Sequence record: DRR723986_8380
Length of the DNA: 64,000 nt
Direction: 5' to 3' (one strand)
Shown: positions 51,327 to 60,718 of the stretch, in pieces
How positions within the stretch are numbered: the first letter of the stretch is position 1
How the letters are laid out: each line of letters starts with the position of its first letter
Made by a program: the position numbers and the translations under genes
The notes under the pieces: model-generated
Databases searched by the model: none
Told to the model about the DNA's origin: nothing
Seen by the model: only the letters and a program-made list of their open reading frames with translations

Positions 51327-51677
51327 TTAGCTGCCTGCTAATAGTTCTTTAGCCTCTATAGCCTTAGTGTAATTTGCTTTTACACTACTGAGATATCCAA
51401 AAAATTTGGAGCCATCTTTTTTCTTTAAAATAACATATACAGAGCCGTCGTCTTCTGTCATTACCTCAGACACAGTAACTTCATTTCCATACACACTTTT
51501 ATAATTGGCAACTTTACCACGTTTGGTTAAAGTGTTTAGTTTAGGAAATTTCACATAGCGATAGGTTAGTGAAGCAGGTGTATTAACCACCAAGGCATCT
51601 CCGACTTTAGGCACGTCTTGCGCAGTCATACTAATAGTGAATCCGAAAAATAGTAGTATAAAAAATAGTTTTTTCAT
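51327..51677 (-). CDS. small secreted hypothetical protein
   Basis: Signal peptide ending MTA-Q; followed by its own terminator. Confidence 0.75.
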   Translation of the reverse strand: MKKLFFILLFFGFTISMTAQDVPKVGDALVVNTPASLTYRYVKFPKLNTLTKRGKVANYKSVYGNEVTVSEVMTEDDGSVYVILKKKDGSKFFGYLSSVKANYTKAIEAKELLAGS

Positions 51678-52090
51678 AATTAAACAGGCTTAAATTAAGA
51701 ATACTGCAAAATTATTAAATATTTAAAAATTTGTCAAGGATTTTAGATGTTTTTTTGCAATACAAATAGAGCCATTTAACCAAAGTTTTATAAAGAGAAA
51801 ATAGGGTCGTTTATCTAATAAAACTATTCAAATAAATAAAAATATAGTAACTTATTAGACAATTCATTAATGTACCACTCCTTAATGGTACAAAATAACA
51901 TAATTCGTTGTTGATTACACGGTACGTAAGATATACCCTGTATTGGGTATGTTTTGCCGTGGTGTTAGCTATTAAATTTGACTATTGACCATTTACACGG
52001 TTTAAATTGCCCTATGTAATAAATGGTAAACGTATTTTTATGTCTAAGAGAATTAGTATACTTGTAGTACTAATTTTTAAACAGCAACAC

Positions 52091-52618
52091 ATGAAATTAC
52101 TCGGAATAGGATCAAGAATCAACCATGCAGACTACGGCAAGGGAGTTATAACCAATGTCACTTCAAAACACTACTGGGTGACCTTTATAGACCAAGGCTT
52201 AGAAACCATAGAACTCGACTCAGAATTTGAGGTTATAGAAGCAGCCGAAGATGATGTGGATACTGTTAGCTTTTATGAGGTTGAAAAAAGCCTTAGAGAC
52301 ATCCTTAAAAAATGGTCTGATGCCAGTGAAGTCATTACCATAGCAGACAAATGGAAAGGTGGCAAACTGATCTTAGAACCAGGTGATACCAATCTGCAAG
52401 GTAAAGAGCTACCAATTGATACCTTCTTTCATAAGATTACTATGGTGCGTGATCGTTTACGTGTTATGGAGCAAAAGATCAACTCTAGTAAAAACCTGGA
52501 TGAGCAAGAGAAAATAGACTTGCAGCAATACATTACACGTAGTTATGGTAGTTTAACAAGTTTTAATGTGTTGTTTAAATTAAAGAGCCAGCAGTTTGTA
52601 GGGCAGAGTTCGAAGTAG
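52091..52618 (+). CDS. hypothetical protein with N-terminal Tudor-like motif
   Basis: ATG 52091 (MKLLGIGSRINHADYGKG) preferred to TTG 52007; C-terminal FFHKITMVRDRLRVMEQKIN. Confidence 0.75.
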   Translation: MKLLGIGSRINHADYGKGVITNVTSKHYWVTFIDQGLETIELDSEFEVIEAAEDDVDTVSFYEVEKSLRDILKKWSDASEVITIADKWKGGKLILEPGDTNLQGKELPIDTFFHKITMVRDRLRVMEQKINSSKNLDEQEKIDLQQYITRSYGSLTSFNVLFKLKSQQFVGQSSK

Positions 52619-52628
52619 AAATTGAACT

Positions 52629-52712
52629 GTCATTGCGAGGACGTAGGACGATGCAATCTATTGATTGGTAACGGAAACGAGAAACAGACTGCCGCGCTGC
52701 GCTCGCAGTAAC
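52629..52712. repeat. GC-rich palindromic REP-like element (left arm + right arm A)
   Basis: GTCATTGCGAG (52629-39)...GCAATC...GACTGCCGCGCTGCG-CTCGCAGTAAC (52702-12). Confidence 0.8.
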
Positions 52713-52762
52713 GATTCAAATTTCATACTTCGCCATAACCTTACTATATTAGTTTTGCGTTA

Positions 52763-53059
52763 ATGAAACCAGGTTATACATATATTCTAACAAATCGAAC
52801 GAATACTACTTTATATATCGGTGTAACTTCTAATCTAAATAAGCGTGTACTGCAGCATAAAGAAAAGAAATACCCGAAGTCATTTAGTGCGCGTTACAAT
52901 TTAGATAAATTAGTGTATTATGAAGCCTTTCAAATGATTGGTGATGCGATTGTAAGAGAAAAGCAGCTTAAAGCTGGTAGTAGAGCACAAAAACTAAAAC
53001 TTATTGAAAATTTCAATCCTGAATGGGCGGACTTATATGATGGTTTGGTTTTGGATTAA
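52763..53059 (+). CDS. small stand-alone GIY-YIG nuclease
   Basis: GYTYIL...LYIGVTSNL.KR..QH...LVYYE...A..REKQLK...K..LI...NP.W.DL. Confidence 0.92.
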   Translation: MKPGYTYILTNRTNTTLYIGVTSNLNKRVLQHKEKKYPKSFSARYNLDKLVYYEAFQMIGDAIVREKQLKAGSRAQKLKLIENFNPEWADLYDGLVLD

Positions 53060-53060
53060 T

Positions 53061-53116
53061 GAGACTGCTTCGTGCCTCGCAGTGACGTTAGTTTTGCTTC
53101 CTTCCCAGCGATGACG
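53061..53116. repeat. REP-like right arm B plus a degenerate second arm
   Basis: GAGACTGCTTCGTGCCTCGCAGTGAC (53061-86) immediately after the GIY-YIG stop; degenerate TTGCTTC...GCGATGACG (53094-116). Confidence 0.75.
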
Positions 53117-53848
53117 TTAAAACGATAAGCCTTTAACCTCTCCCATATCTAAGTCTAAAACCAATAACTTATGTGTTGTGGGTAAAAGGGCGCCACTTTC
53201 TGTAGTTATCCAATTATCCCAAGTGGCTTCTAAACCATCAATAGGTAATATATCTACCCACATTTGGTAGCTTTTAGGTTTCCCAGTATCATCTAAGTGC
53301 CATAAATAAGAATCTCCTGGTGTGGTGCCACCAGATGTGTAGGTCACTAATAGAGCGTCTTTGCCGTCTTCGGTTTTTACCAAACGACGTTCTGTGTCTT
53401 GGTCAAACACCTTATAAGGTGCAACTAACCAAAAGGAATCGTTGTTAAAATAGCTTTCGGCTTTATGGATATACTCATGTTTTTGTTCACCGTTGTATTC
53501 CTGTTCACCAGCAAATACTTTAGATTTATCATGATTGTTGAGATCTAAAATGACGGTCATGTTATCCCATGATACTTCACAGGATTTTTCAGACTTATAC
53601 CATTTATAATGATGTACACCTTTAAATGTCCATTCTATATACTCCGTATTTAGATAAGCCTCTTCATTCAAGGCTTGCAACATTTGTGTCGCCAATTGGT
53701 CGGCTTGTGGTCCTTTTTGACCTTCCGGAAGGTCTTCATTGTATTTAAGGTAGAGAAATCCGAAAAGTAAAAGGGTAGGAAGTGTAAAGAAGATGATGAG
53801 TCCTCCGATGATTTTTAGTATGCGCTTAGGTGTGAATTTTTTTGCCAA
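53117..53848 (-). CDS. hypothetical membrane-anchored protein
   Basis: One TM segment; FNNDSFWLVAP and GGTTPGDSYLW. Confidence 0.75.
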   Translation of the reverse strand: MAKKFTPKRILKIIGGLIIFFTLPTLLLFGFLYLKYNEDLPEGQKGPQADQLATQMLQALNEEAYLNTEYIEWTFKGVHHYKWYKSEKSCEVSWDNMTVILDLNNHDKSKVFAGEQEYNGEQKHEYIHKAESYFNNDSFWLVAPYKVFDQDTERRLVKTEDGKDALLVTYTSGGTTPGDSYLWHLDDTGKPKSYQMWVDILPIDGLEATWDNWITTESGALLPTTHKLLVLDLDMGEVKGLSF

Positions 53849-53923
53849 TGATAGAAGTGTTCTTTTTTCAAAAATAATAAATTAATAACTGTGATTGCGC
53901 CTATACTACACATCAAACGTAAT

Positions 53924-54049
53924 GTCATTGCGAGAAGTGAGGTACGAACGACGAAGCAATCTTATAAATTAATCCATAATAATGAGACTGCTTCGTTCCT
54001 CGTAGTGACGATTGAAACAAAGAGATTGCCGCGCTGCGCTCGCAATGAC
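53924..54049. repeat. gene-less REP-like element (left arm + right arm B + right arm A)
   Basis: GTCATTGCGAG (53924-34) and CTCGCAATGAC (54039-49) are perfect terminal inverted repeats. Internal GCAATC, GAGACTGCTTCGTTCCTCGTAGTGAC and GAGATTGCCGCGCTGCG. Confidence 0.85.
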
Positions 54050-54050
54050 A

Positions 54051-54950
54051 TTAATTATGGAGTTTTTCTTTTATTGCTTTCGCCAAAACATGTGCAGCTT
54101 CAGGATAGTTTCTAAACCAAAGTTCTGGTTCAATAAGTTCTAGTTCTGCTAGTGCAATCTTACCGTTGTTATCATTAAAAATATCTACTCTAGCATATAA
54201 AGGCATTTCGTCACAGGCATTAACACAATTAATAGCGAATTGTATTTCTTCTGCAGTAGATGTGTAGTCGTGCACTGAGCCGCCAAAGTCGTCTTGCACT
54301 CTAAAGTCTCCAGCTTTGGCTTTTTTTAAAATGGCATGCGTATACTGACCGTTAAATACCATCATGGAAACTTCTCCTTCTGACACAATTTTATGTTGAA
54401 AAGGTTGTAACATCATGGCTTCTTTAGCAATTAAGTTCTTAAAAATAGCTTCATGTTCTGCTATATTAGATGCATTCAGTCTAAAGGTATGCCTGGCACT
54501 ACCAGAGATACAAGGTTTTAAAACAGTCTCTTGCCAACCTGTTTTAGCATGTAATTCTGCTAATGTTTTAGTTTCACCAGTTTCAATAAAATAGGTTTCA
54601 GCGATATGAACACCATTATCCTGAAGGTCTTGTAAATAGTGTTTATCAATATTCCAGCGAATAATAGCTTCAGAATTTATAAGTGTCGTAACTTTAGATA
54701 CAGCATTTAACCATTTGGAAAATGCTTCAAAATCATCAAAATAATCCCAAGTGGTTCTAAATAGAATGGCTTTAGTACTAGCCCAATCAAAATGTGGATC
54801 ACTCCATGCTAACCGTATAACATTAAGACCTAATTTTTCAAGAGTGTTTGCAACGAGTGCATCTTCAGTGATAACGTTTTTTACATAGTCATCAACGATT
54901 GTAGGGTAGGCGTGTTTTTGGTCAGTGAGAATGACGACGTCGTATTTCAT
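54051..54950 (-). CDS. RimK-like ATP-grasp protein
   Basis: RTTWDY, WNIDKHYL, VLKP, DFRVQDDFGG, YARVD and ELELIEP. Confidence 0.85.
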   Translation of the reverse strand: MKYDVVILTDQKHAYPTIVDDYVKNVITEDALVANTLEKLGLNVIRLAWSDPHFDWASTKAILFRTTWDYFDDFEAFSKWLNAVSKVTTLINSEAIIRWNIDKHYLQDLQDNGVHIAETYFIETGETKTLAELHAKTGWQETVLKPCISGSARHTFRLNASNIAEHEAIFKNLIAKEAMMLQPFQHKIVSEGEVSMMVFNGQYTHAILKKAKAGDFRVQDDFGGSVHDYTSTAEEIQFAINCVNACDEMPLYARVDIFNDNNGKIALAELELIEPELWFRNYPEAAHVLAKAIKEKLHN

Positions 54951-55615
54951 TTTAAATGTTTTAGAGCTTCTTTTTTACTTAAGGGTTTTAAATCTGTATT
55001 AGTCACAAATTGTTCTACTGCGGCCATATCAACTTTAGCATATTCTCGCAAGGCCCAGCCAATCGCTTTTCTGATAAAGAATGCATTAGAAGTCTTATGT
55101 GCCAGACATAGTCTTTGGAGTAGCTGAAAGTCGGTTTTTTCTTTGTAACCTAATTGAAATAAAATTGCAGATCGATTTAGCCACATATTGTCCGATTCTG
55201 AAAAGCGTTGAATGGTTTTATCTCTTAGCTCAGAACATTCCATTAAAAACTGTCCTAATATATGCTTAGCTATAAAATCTACGGTATCCCAATGCGAATG
55301 CGAAGTGATGAGGTATTCAATATCATCTAAATCTTTAGCAACATAATGACGCTTTTTAAAGCGCGCATAGATGTCCATAGCTACATAATGATACTCGCGT
55401 TCCTTTTTGTGATATAATGCCCTTGTAATATCTGAAACATTAGCTTTTAGTTCGTCTTTGTGACTATTAATAGCTTCTCGCAACAGTGTTTTTCGTAATG
55501 GGGATTTGATACCTAAAAACGGAAACAAATGCTTCATATACGCTTGCATTGGCAATGCATTCTCTAAAGACCTATTGGCCTCAAAAAGTGTTGTCAACTC
55601 TTGTGCAAAAGACAT
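54947..55615 (-). CDS. DNA alkylation repair protein (AlkD-like)
   Basis: MQAYMK..FPFLGI, ERE, WDTVD and FFIRKAIGWALREY. Confidence 0.9.
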   Translation of the reverse strand: MSFAQELTTLFEANRSLENALPMQAYMKHLFPFLGIKSPLRKTLLREAINSHKDELKANVSDITRALYHKKEREYHYVAMDIYARFKKRHYVAKDLDDIEYLITSHSHWDTVDFIAKHILGQFLMECSELRDKTIQRFSESDNMWLNRSAILFQLGYKEKTDFQLLQRLCLAHKTSNAFFIRKAIGWALREYAKVDMAAVEQFVTNTDLKPLSKKEALKHLK

Positions 55616-55643
55616 AACGGCCAGTTATAATTAAAACTTAACT

Positions 55644-58600
55644 CTAATTATCGCTTTTATAGCCTTGTGGTCGTTTCCAGCGTACCGGAGCTTTTGGCTC
55701 TGGTTTTAGTTGAAATTCATTGCCTTTAAGTAGTTTTAATGCTTCTTGTACAGCGCGTTCTAATTGCGGATCATTGCCTTGTGATGTTTCCTTTGGATGC
55801 TGAATCACTTCAATATCTGGAGCTACACCATCTCCTTCAACAGCCCATTCGCCATTAACATCGTAGAATCCACCACGTGGTGCTACCATACGACCGCCAT
55901 CGATAAATCGAGGTGTATCCCAAGTACCTACTAATCCTCCCCAAGTTCTGGTTCCGATAAGAAGTCCAAGGTTTTTCATTTTAAACATATATGGTAATAA
56001 ATCACCACCTGAACCTGCACGTTCGTTAATGAGCATTACTTTTGGTCCCCAAATACCTGCCATTGGCGTGGTCCATGGTCTATTATCACCAGCCTTGCTA
56101 TTAAAATACCCAAAGAGTTCTCTAGACATAATATCTATCATATAATCGGCAGCAGAACCACCACCATTATTACGTTCATCTATAACAACGCCTTTTTTAT
56201 CTTGTTGAGAAAAGTAGTAACGGTTAAAAGAGGTAAAGCCTCCACCACCTGTATTTGGTACATAAACATAGGCGAGTTTGCCATTAGATAGTTCATCTAC
56301 TTTTATGCGATTACCCTCAACCCAATCAATACTTCTAAGTCCACGTTCGCTACCAACCGGCTTTACTAACACAGTTCTGGTATCTGTCATGGACGGTTTA
56401 GAGTTTACGGTAATTGTAATCTCACGACCAGCAGTTTGTTCTAGTAAGTTATATGGATTTGATTTTGTATTAAGTTGCTGCCCATTAATAGCCAGTAAAT
56501 AATCACCTTCTTTAACCGCAATACCTGGTTGTGCTAATGGTGCAGTTAATCCAGGATTCCAACGCTCTCCATTGTAGATTTTAGATATTTTAAAATTACC
56601 ATTCTCTAATTTAAAATCACAGCCCAACAGGCCAACAGGAACACGATCCACATCTGGGAAATCACCACCAGACACATAAGAGTGACCTACAGCAACTTCA
56701 CCACTCATTATATCTACCACATAGTTAAGATCTGTTCTGTGGCGTACGTGGTCTATCCATGGTGCATACCATTTGTATACATCGTCCCATGGTGCTCCAT
56801 GAACGTTGTCAACGTATAAAAAGTCGCGCATATATCTCCAACCTTCTTTGAATATTTGGTGCGCTTCTGCTTTTGGGTCTAGTTTTATTTTGATATTAAT
56901 TTTAAGGTTGTCTTTGCCATTCTTAGGTGGAGCAGAGGCACTGGTTAAAACCCAATTTCTATTCTGAAATAACAATACTGATTTTCTATCTTCCGATGCG
57001 ACCATCTGCGATACACCACTAGCAAAGTCAGATGCCTTTTCTTTTTCTACATCATAACTATGTACTTTTAAACCTTGTGCATTCGGAATGGCTTCTGCAA
57101 TAAATACTTTATGCTTTGGACCTTTTAAAAGTGCTACATAATTTCTGGCAGGTAAGTCTAAAGCAACAGTTCTATCATAAATACCAGCTTTATCTATGGT
57201 TACAGTAACTCCATTATCTTCTTTTTTACCATTTTTCTTGTCGTCTTTTTTATCGTCCTTGTCGCCATTGGTATCTTTTGTAATGGCTTCCATATCATTC
57301 TTTGGAAGGTTAGGTGCTTTATCTTTAGTGCTTAATACAACGGCATATAAACTACGTGTTAGATTAGCACCAGGATCGTAATTACTCATGTCTAACCAAC
57401 CAGTAGAAAGACCATAATTTGTACTTGCCAATGTGTAGAGATACTTACCATTAGCATCCCAAACAGGAGTAATAGCGTCTGCTATTGGGTCAGTAAGTTG
57501 AATGGTTTCTTTAGAATCTATATTGTAAGCAAAAATGGCTTTAAAATGACTGTCTTGTTGTTTGGCAAAAGCAATCCATTTACTATCTGGTGACCACACC
57601 GGATTCATAGAACGGTTAGGATGCGCATAACGATCTGTTGCTACAATCTTTGTTTTTTTACTCTCTAAATTGATTACCCAAATATTGTAATGCGTGTCTG
57701 TATACGCAATATACTTTCCATCTGGTGACCAGTCGGGTTGAAAATAAAAGGTTGGATTTGGTAATTTTATAGCTTCTGCATTTTGCCCATCTTGATTGGC
57801 TAGCATCAACTGATATTCTCCACTTTGATCTGAAAACCAGGCGATTTTATCACCTTTTGGCGACCATATAGGACTGCGATCCGCTACACCAGGTGAATTA
57901 GTGATATTCATCCATGTACCATTTTCCTTTGGAACAGTAAATATTTCACCTCGATACTCAAAAATGGCACGTTTTCCCTTAGGCGATACATTTGGATTTG
58001 ATAAATTAAAAGCCGAGACATTGTCCCATTTAGAACGGTAAAAATTAAGGTCGGCTTTTACATCTATATTAAGTTGATTTGTTGCTCCCGAATTTGGACT
58101 GTACACATGAAGATATCCACCTTGTTCGTAAATGATTTTATCTGCACTTGCATCTAAACTTTTAACATCAAACTTTTTATGAAAGGTTACTTGTTTTTCC
58201 TCTTTTGTAGAAGGATTAAAAGACCAAATATTCATAGTGTAATCGCGCTCAGACATAAAATATACCAGTCCGTTTAGCCAAACCGGATCCAAATGGCGTT
58301 CTTGTGTAGGCTGTGATGTTCTTATTAATTCTTTTGTTGTCATATCAACAACCCAAATAGGCATGGCTTGTCCACCTCTGTAATTACGCCATTCTGCATC
58401 CCAACCTGTAATAGGTGTGTAGGCTAAATGTTTACCATCTGGTGACAATTCGCCATAAGCCGCTCTTGGAATATCTAAGGCTTCAGGCAAACCACCATTA
58501 GTTGAAACTGTGAAGAACTTGTTGGTCATAGTTGGTTGTGCTTCTCTACCAGAACGAAATAAAACCTTACCATCTGGTGTCCATCCTTGCACAAAATCAC

Positions 58601-58913
58601 CATCTGGATGAAAAGTTAAACGCTTTGGTTCACCACCTTCAGATGGTATTACAAATACATCTATATTGCCATCGTATTGTGCCGTAAAGGCTATCATTTT
58701 ACCATCATTGGAAAAGTGAGGACTAGATTCATAGCCTTCGTCACTCGTGAGTCTTATGGCAGTACCACCATTAATTGTAGATTTCCATAAATCGTTGGCA
58801 TAAACAAAGACCACATCATCACCATGAAGTGTAGGTTGTCTTAATAATTGTGTGCCTTGAGAAAAGCCGTGTAATGCAAATAGGAGTGCTAGAGAAGCAA
58901 TTAAATTCTTCAT
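55644..58913 (-). CDS. tricorn protease-like S41 peptidase
   Basis: WSPDG-type propeller repeats, PDZ-like region, DERNNGGG, AGSGGD and GTRTWGG. Confidence 0.93.
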   Translation of the reverse strand: MKNLIASLALLFALHGFSQGTQLLRQPTLHGDDVVFVYANDLWKSTINGGTAIRLTSDEGYESSPHFSNDGKMIAFTAQYDGNIDVFVIPSEGGEPKRLTFHPDGDFVQGWTPDGKVLFRSGREAQPTMTNKFFTVSTNGGLPEALDIPRAAYGELSPDGKHLAYTPITGWDAEWRNYRGGQAMPIWVVDMTTKELIRTSQPTQERHLDPVWLNGLVYFMSERDYTMNIWSFNPSTKEEKQVTFHKKFDVKSLDASADKIIYEQGGYLHVYSPNSGATNQLNIDVKADLNFYRSKWDNVSAFNLSNPNVSPKGKRAIFEYRGEIFTVPKENGTWMNITNSPGVADRSPIWSPKGDKIAWFSDQSGEYQLMLANQDGQNAEAIKLPNPTFYFQPDWSPDGKYIAYTDTHYNIWVINLESKKTKIVATDRYAHPNRSMNPVWSPDSKWIAFAKQQDSHFKAIFAYNIDSKETIQLTDPIADAITPVWDANGKYLYTLASTNYGLSTGWLDMSNYDPGANLTRSLYAVVLSTKDKAPNLPKNDMEAITKDTNGDKDDKKDDKKNGKKEDNGVTVTIDKAGIYDRTVALDLPARNYVALLKGPKHKVFIAEAIPNAQGLKVHSYDVEKEKASDFASGVSQMVASEDRKSVLLFQNRNWVLTSASAPPKNGKDNLKINIKIKLDPKAEAHQIFKEGWRYMRDFLYVDNVHGAPWDDVYKWYAPWIDHVRHRTDLNYVVDIMSGEVAVGHSYVSGGDFPDVDRVPVGLLGCDFKLENGNFKISKIYNGERWNPGLTAPLAQPGIAVKEGDYLLAINGQQLNTKSNPYNLLEQTAGREITITVNSKPSMTDTRTVLVKPVGSERGLRSIDWVEGNRIKVDELSNGKLAYVYVPNTGGGGFTSFNRYYFSQQDKKGVVIDERNNGGGSAADYMIDIMSRELFGYFNSKAGDNRPWTTPMAGIWGPKVMLINERAGSGGDLLPYMFKMKNLGLLIGTRTWGGLVGTWDTPRFIDGGRMVAPRGGFYDVNGEWAVEGDGVAPDIEVIQHPKETSQGNDPQLERAVQEALKLLKGNEFQLKPEPKAPVRWKRPQGYKSDN

Positions 58914-59011
58914 TTTTGGATTGGTTTTTAAAATGTAAGTTTTATTCTGAAGTTTGGTGATTATAAATATACAATTTAGTGATGGTCATTGTTGTAAAAC
59001 AATGTTAAAAA

Positions 59012-60718
59012 CTAAAACCCAACAGCAGTGTCATCACCGCGCTTATCAGCACCACCTTCGAGTGTACCATCATCTAACATTAAGATGCCGTCAACTTTAC
59101 CAATAACAGGTGTTTTTTTGAAATTTATGGTATAGCCTAAAGCTTTCAATTGTTTTATGATTGACTGGTTAAAACCATTTGGTTCCATACGGATTTCGTC
59201 TGGTAGCCATTGATTATGAAAACGAGGAGCATTAACAGCTTCTTGCATAGTTAAACCAAACTCGTGTACATTTAATATAGTTTGCAATACTGATGTAATA
59301 ATTGTTGAGCCGCCTGGTGTGCCGACAGACATATAAAATTCACCATCTTTTTCAACAATTGATGGAGTCATAGAACTTAACATGCGTTTTTCTGGAGCTA
59401 TACTATTTGCTTCGGCACCAATAAGCCCATAATAATTTGGTTCACCTGGTTTACTACTGAAGTCGTCCATTTCATTATTTAAGAAAAACCCTAATTCTTC
59501 AACAAACAGTTTAGATCCATAACCACCATTGATGGTTGTTGTAACTGCAATGGCATTACCGAACTGATCAACTATGGAATAGTGCGTGGTTTCATCACTT
59601 TCATAACCTACAATTTCACCATGAGCTATTGAATCGACTGGAGTAGGTTGTCTGAATGTAAAATCTTGCATTCTGTTTTGTAAATACACTTCACTTGTAA
59701 GCGTTTCAACGGGAATATCAATAAAGTCTGGATCACCCAAATAGTAACTTCGGTCTGCATAGGCACGTTTTTCAGCTTCAACAATCACTTGAATGGCTTT
59801 TAAAGAATTATGACCATAATCCTCAAGATCAAAAGGTTCTATCATGGTCATGATCTGATTGAGGCAAATACCACCAGAGGATGGTGGCGACATGGAGGTT
59901 ATGCTTAAATCATCATATTGAAACGTAACAGGATCGCGCCATTTGGCTTCATATTTAGCTAAATCTTCAAGGGTTATTATACTGCCCTTAGACTCTAAAT
60001 AATTGACTAATAGCTTTGCAGTTTCACCTTTATAGAATTCCTCAACACCATTATCTGAAATACGTTTAAGTGTTTTTGCTAAATTATCATTACTTATAAT
60101 ATCGCCTGCTTTTAAGGTCTTATTATAAAGTATTTGTTTACCATTTACAGCTGTTAATAGACTATCATAATCAGCTAAACGATTAGCTTGTTTTTCAGTT
60201 ACAACATAGCCTCTTTCAGCCAGATCAATGACTGGTTTTAAGATGGTTTTGACGTCTAACTTTCCGAAGCGTTCCTGAGCTTTAAAAATTCCGGCTATGG
60301 TTCCAGGAATTCCTACTGCCATAGCTCCGACAGTACTTTTATTTTTAATTATTTCACCTTCTTCATCTAAATACATGTCTTTAGTAGCAGCTCTAGGTGC
60401 TTTTTCCCTGTAATCTAAAGCACCTTTAGTACCATCAGATAAGCGATAAATTAAGAATCCGCCACCACCAAGATTTCCGGCATAAGGATAGCTCACGGCC
60501 AGCGCCATTTCAGTAGCCATCATGGCATCAAATGCATTACCGCCTTGTTTTAGTATGTCTGCACCAATCTTTGAGGCTTCTTGTCTGGCACTGACTACCA
60601 TTGCATTTTTAGTAACTAAGCCTCTATTTTCTGGCAGACCAACTTTTGCAGTTGTTTCTTTTTTACAACTTGTAAATACTATAAATAGCAGACTAAGGAT
60701 TACAAAAATCTTTCTCAT
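59012..60718 (-). CDS. ggt: gamma-glutamyltransferase (lipoprotein)
   Basis: GGNAFDA, DYREKAP, ETTHYS, LNNEMDDF, SSMTP and GTPGG. Confidence 0.96.
   Translation of the reverse strand: MRKIFVILSLLFIVFTSCKKETTAKVGLPENRGLVTKNAMVVSARQEASKIGADILKQGGNAFDAMMATEMALAVSYPYAGNLGGGGFLIYRLSDGTKGALDYREKAPRAATKDMYLDEEGEIIKNKSTVGAMAVGIPGTIAGIFKAQERFGKLDVKTILKPVIDLAERGYVVTEKQANRLADYDSLLTAVNGKQILYNKTLKAGDIISNDNLAKTLKRISDNGVEEFYKGETAKLLVNYLESKGSIITLEDLAKYEAKWRDPVTFQYDDLSITSMSPPSSGGICLNQIMTMIEPFDLEDYGHNSLKAIQVIVEAEKRAYADRSYYLGDPDFIDIPVETLTSEVYLQNRMQDFTFRQPTPVDSIAHGEIVGYESDETTHYSIVDQFGNAIAVTTTINGGYGSKLFVEELGFFLNNEMDDFSSKPGEPNYYGLIGAEANSIAPEKRMLSSMTPSIVEKDGEFYMSVGTPGGSTIITSVLQTILNVHEFGLTMQEAVNAPRFHNQWLPDEIRMEPNGFNQSIIKQLKALGYTINFKKTPVIGKVDGILMLDDGTLEGGADKRGDDTAVGF

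Noticed and set aside
52007-52090. N-terminal extension of the 52007..52618 ORF
   Set aside because: It has a TTG start and low-information sequence; the ATG at 52091 follows an A-rich leader and begins the recognisable domain.
52629-54049. CRISPR array or tRNA/ncRNA interpretation of the GC-rich repeats
   Set aside because: The repeats are inverted, irregularly spaced arms with no constant-length spacers, no cas genes are present, and there are no tRNA consensus boxes.
53891-54115. 74-aa ORF on the + strand
   Set aside because: It merely translates the palindromic repeat and overlaps the RimK-like gene antisense.
5207-55615. recG, uvrD, uvrA, AlkD-like and GIY-YIG genes as one DNA-repair or defence island
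   Set aside because: They are spread over 50 kb among unrelated housekeeping genes, with no shared operon or visible common operator.
57215-57265. Short repeats encoding DKDDKKDDKK in the tricorn protease
   Set aside because: This is an ordinary low-complexity charged linker within a CDS.
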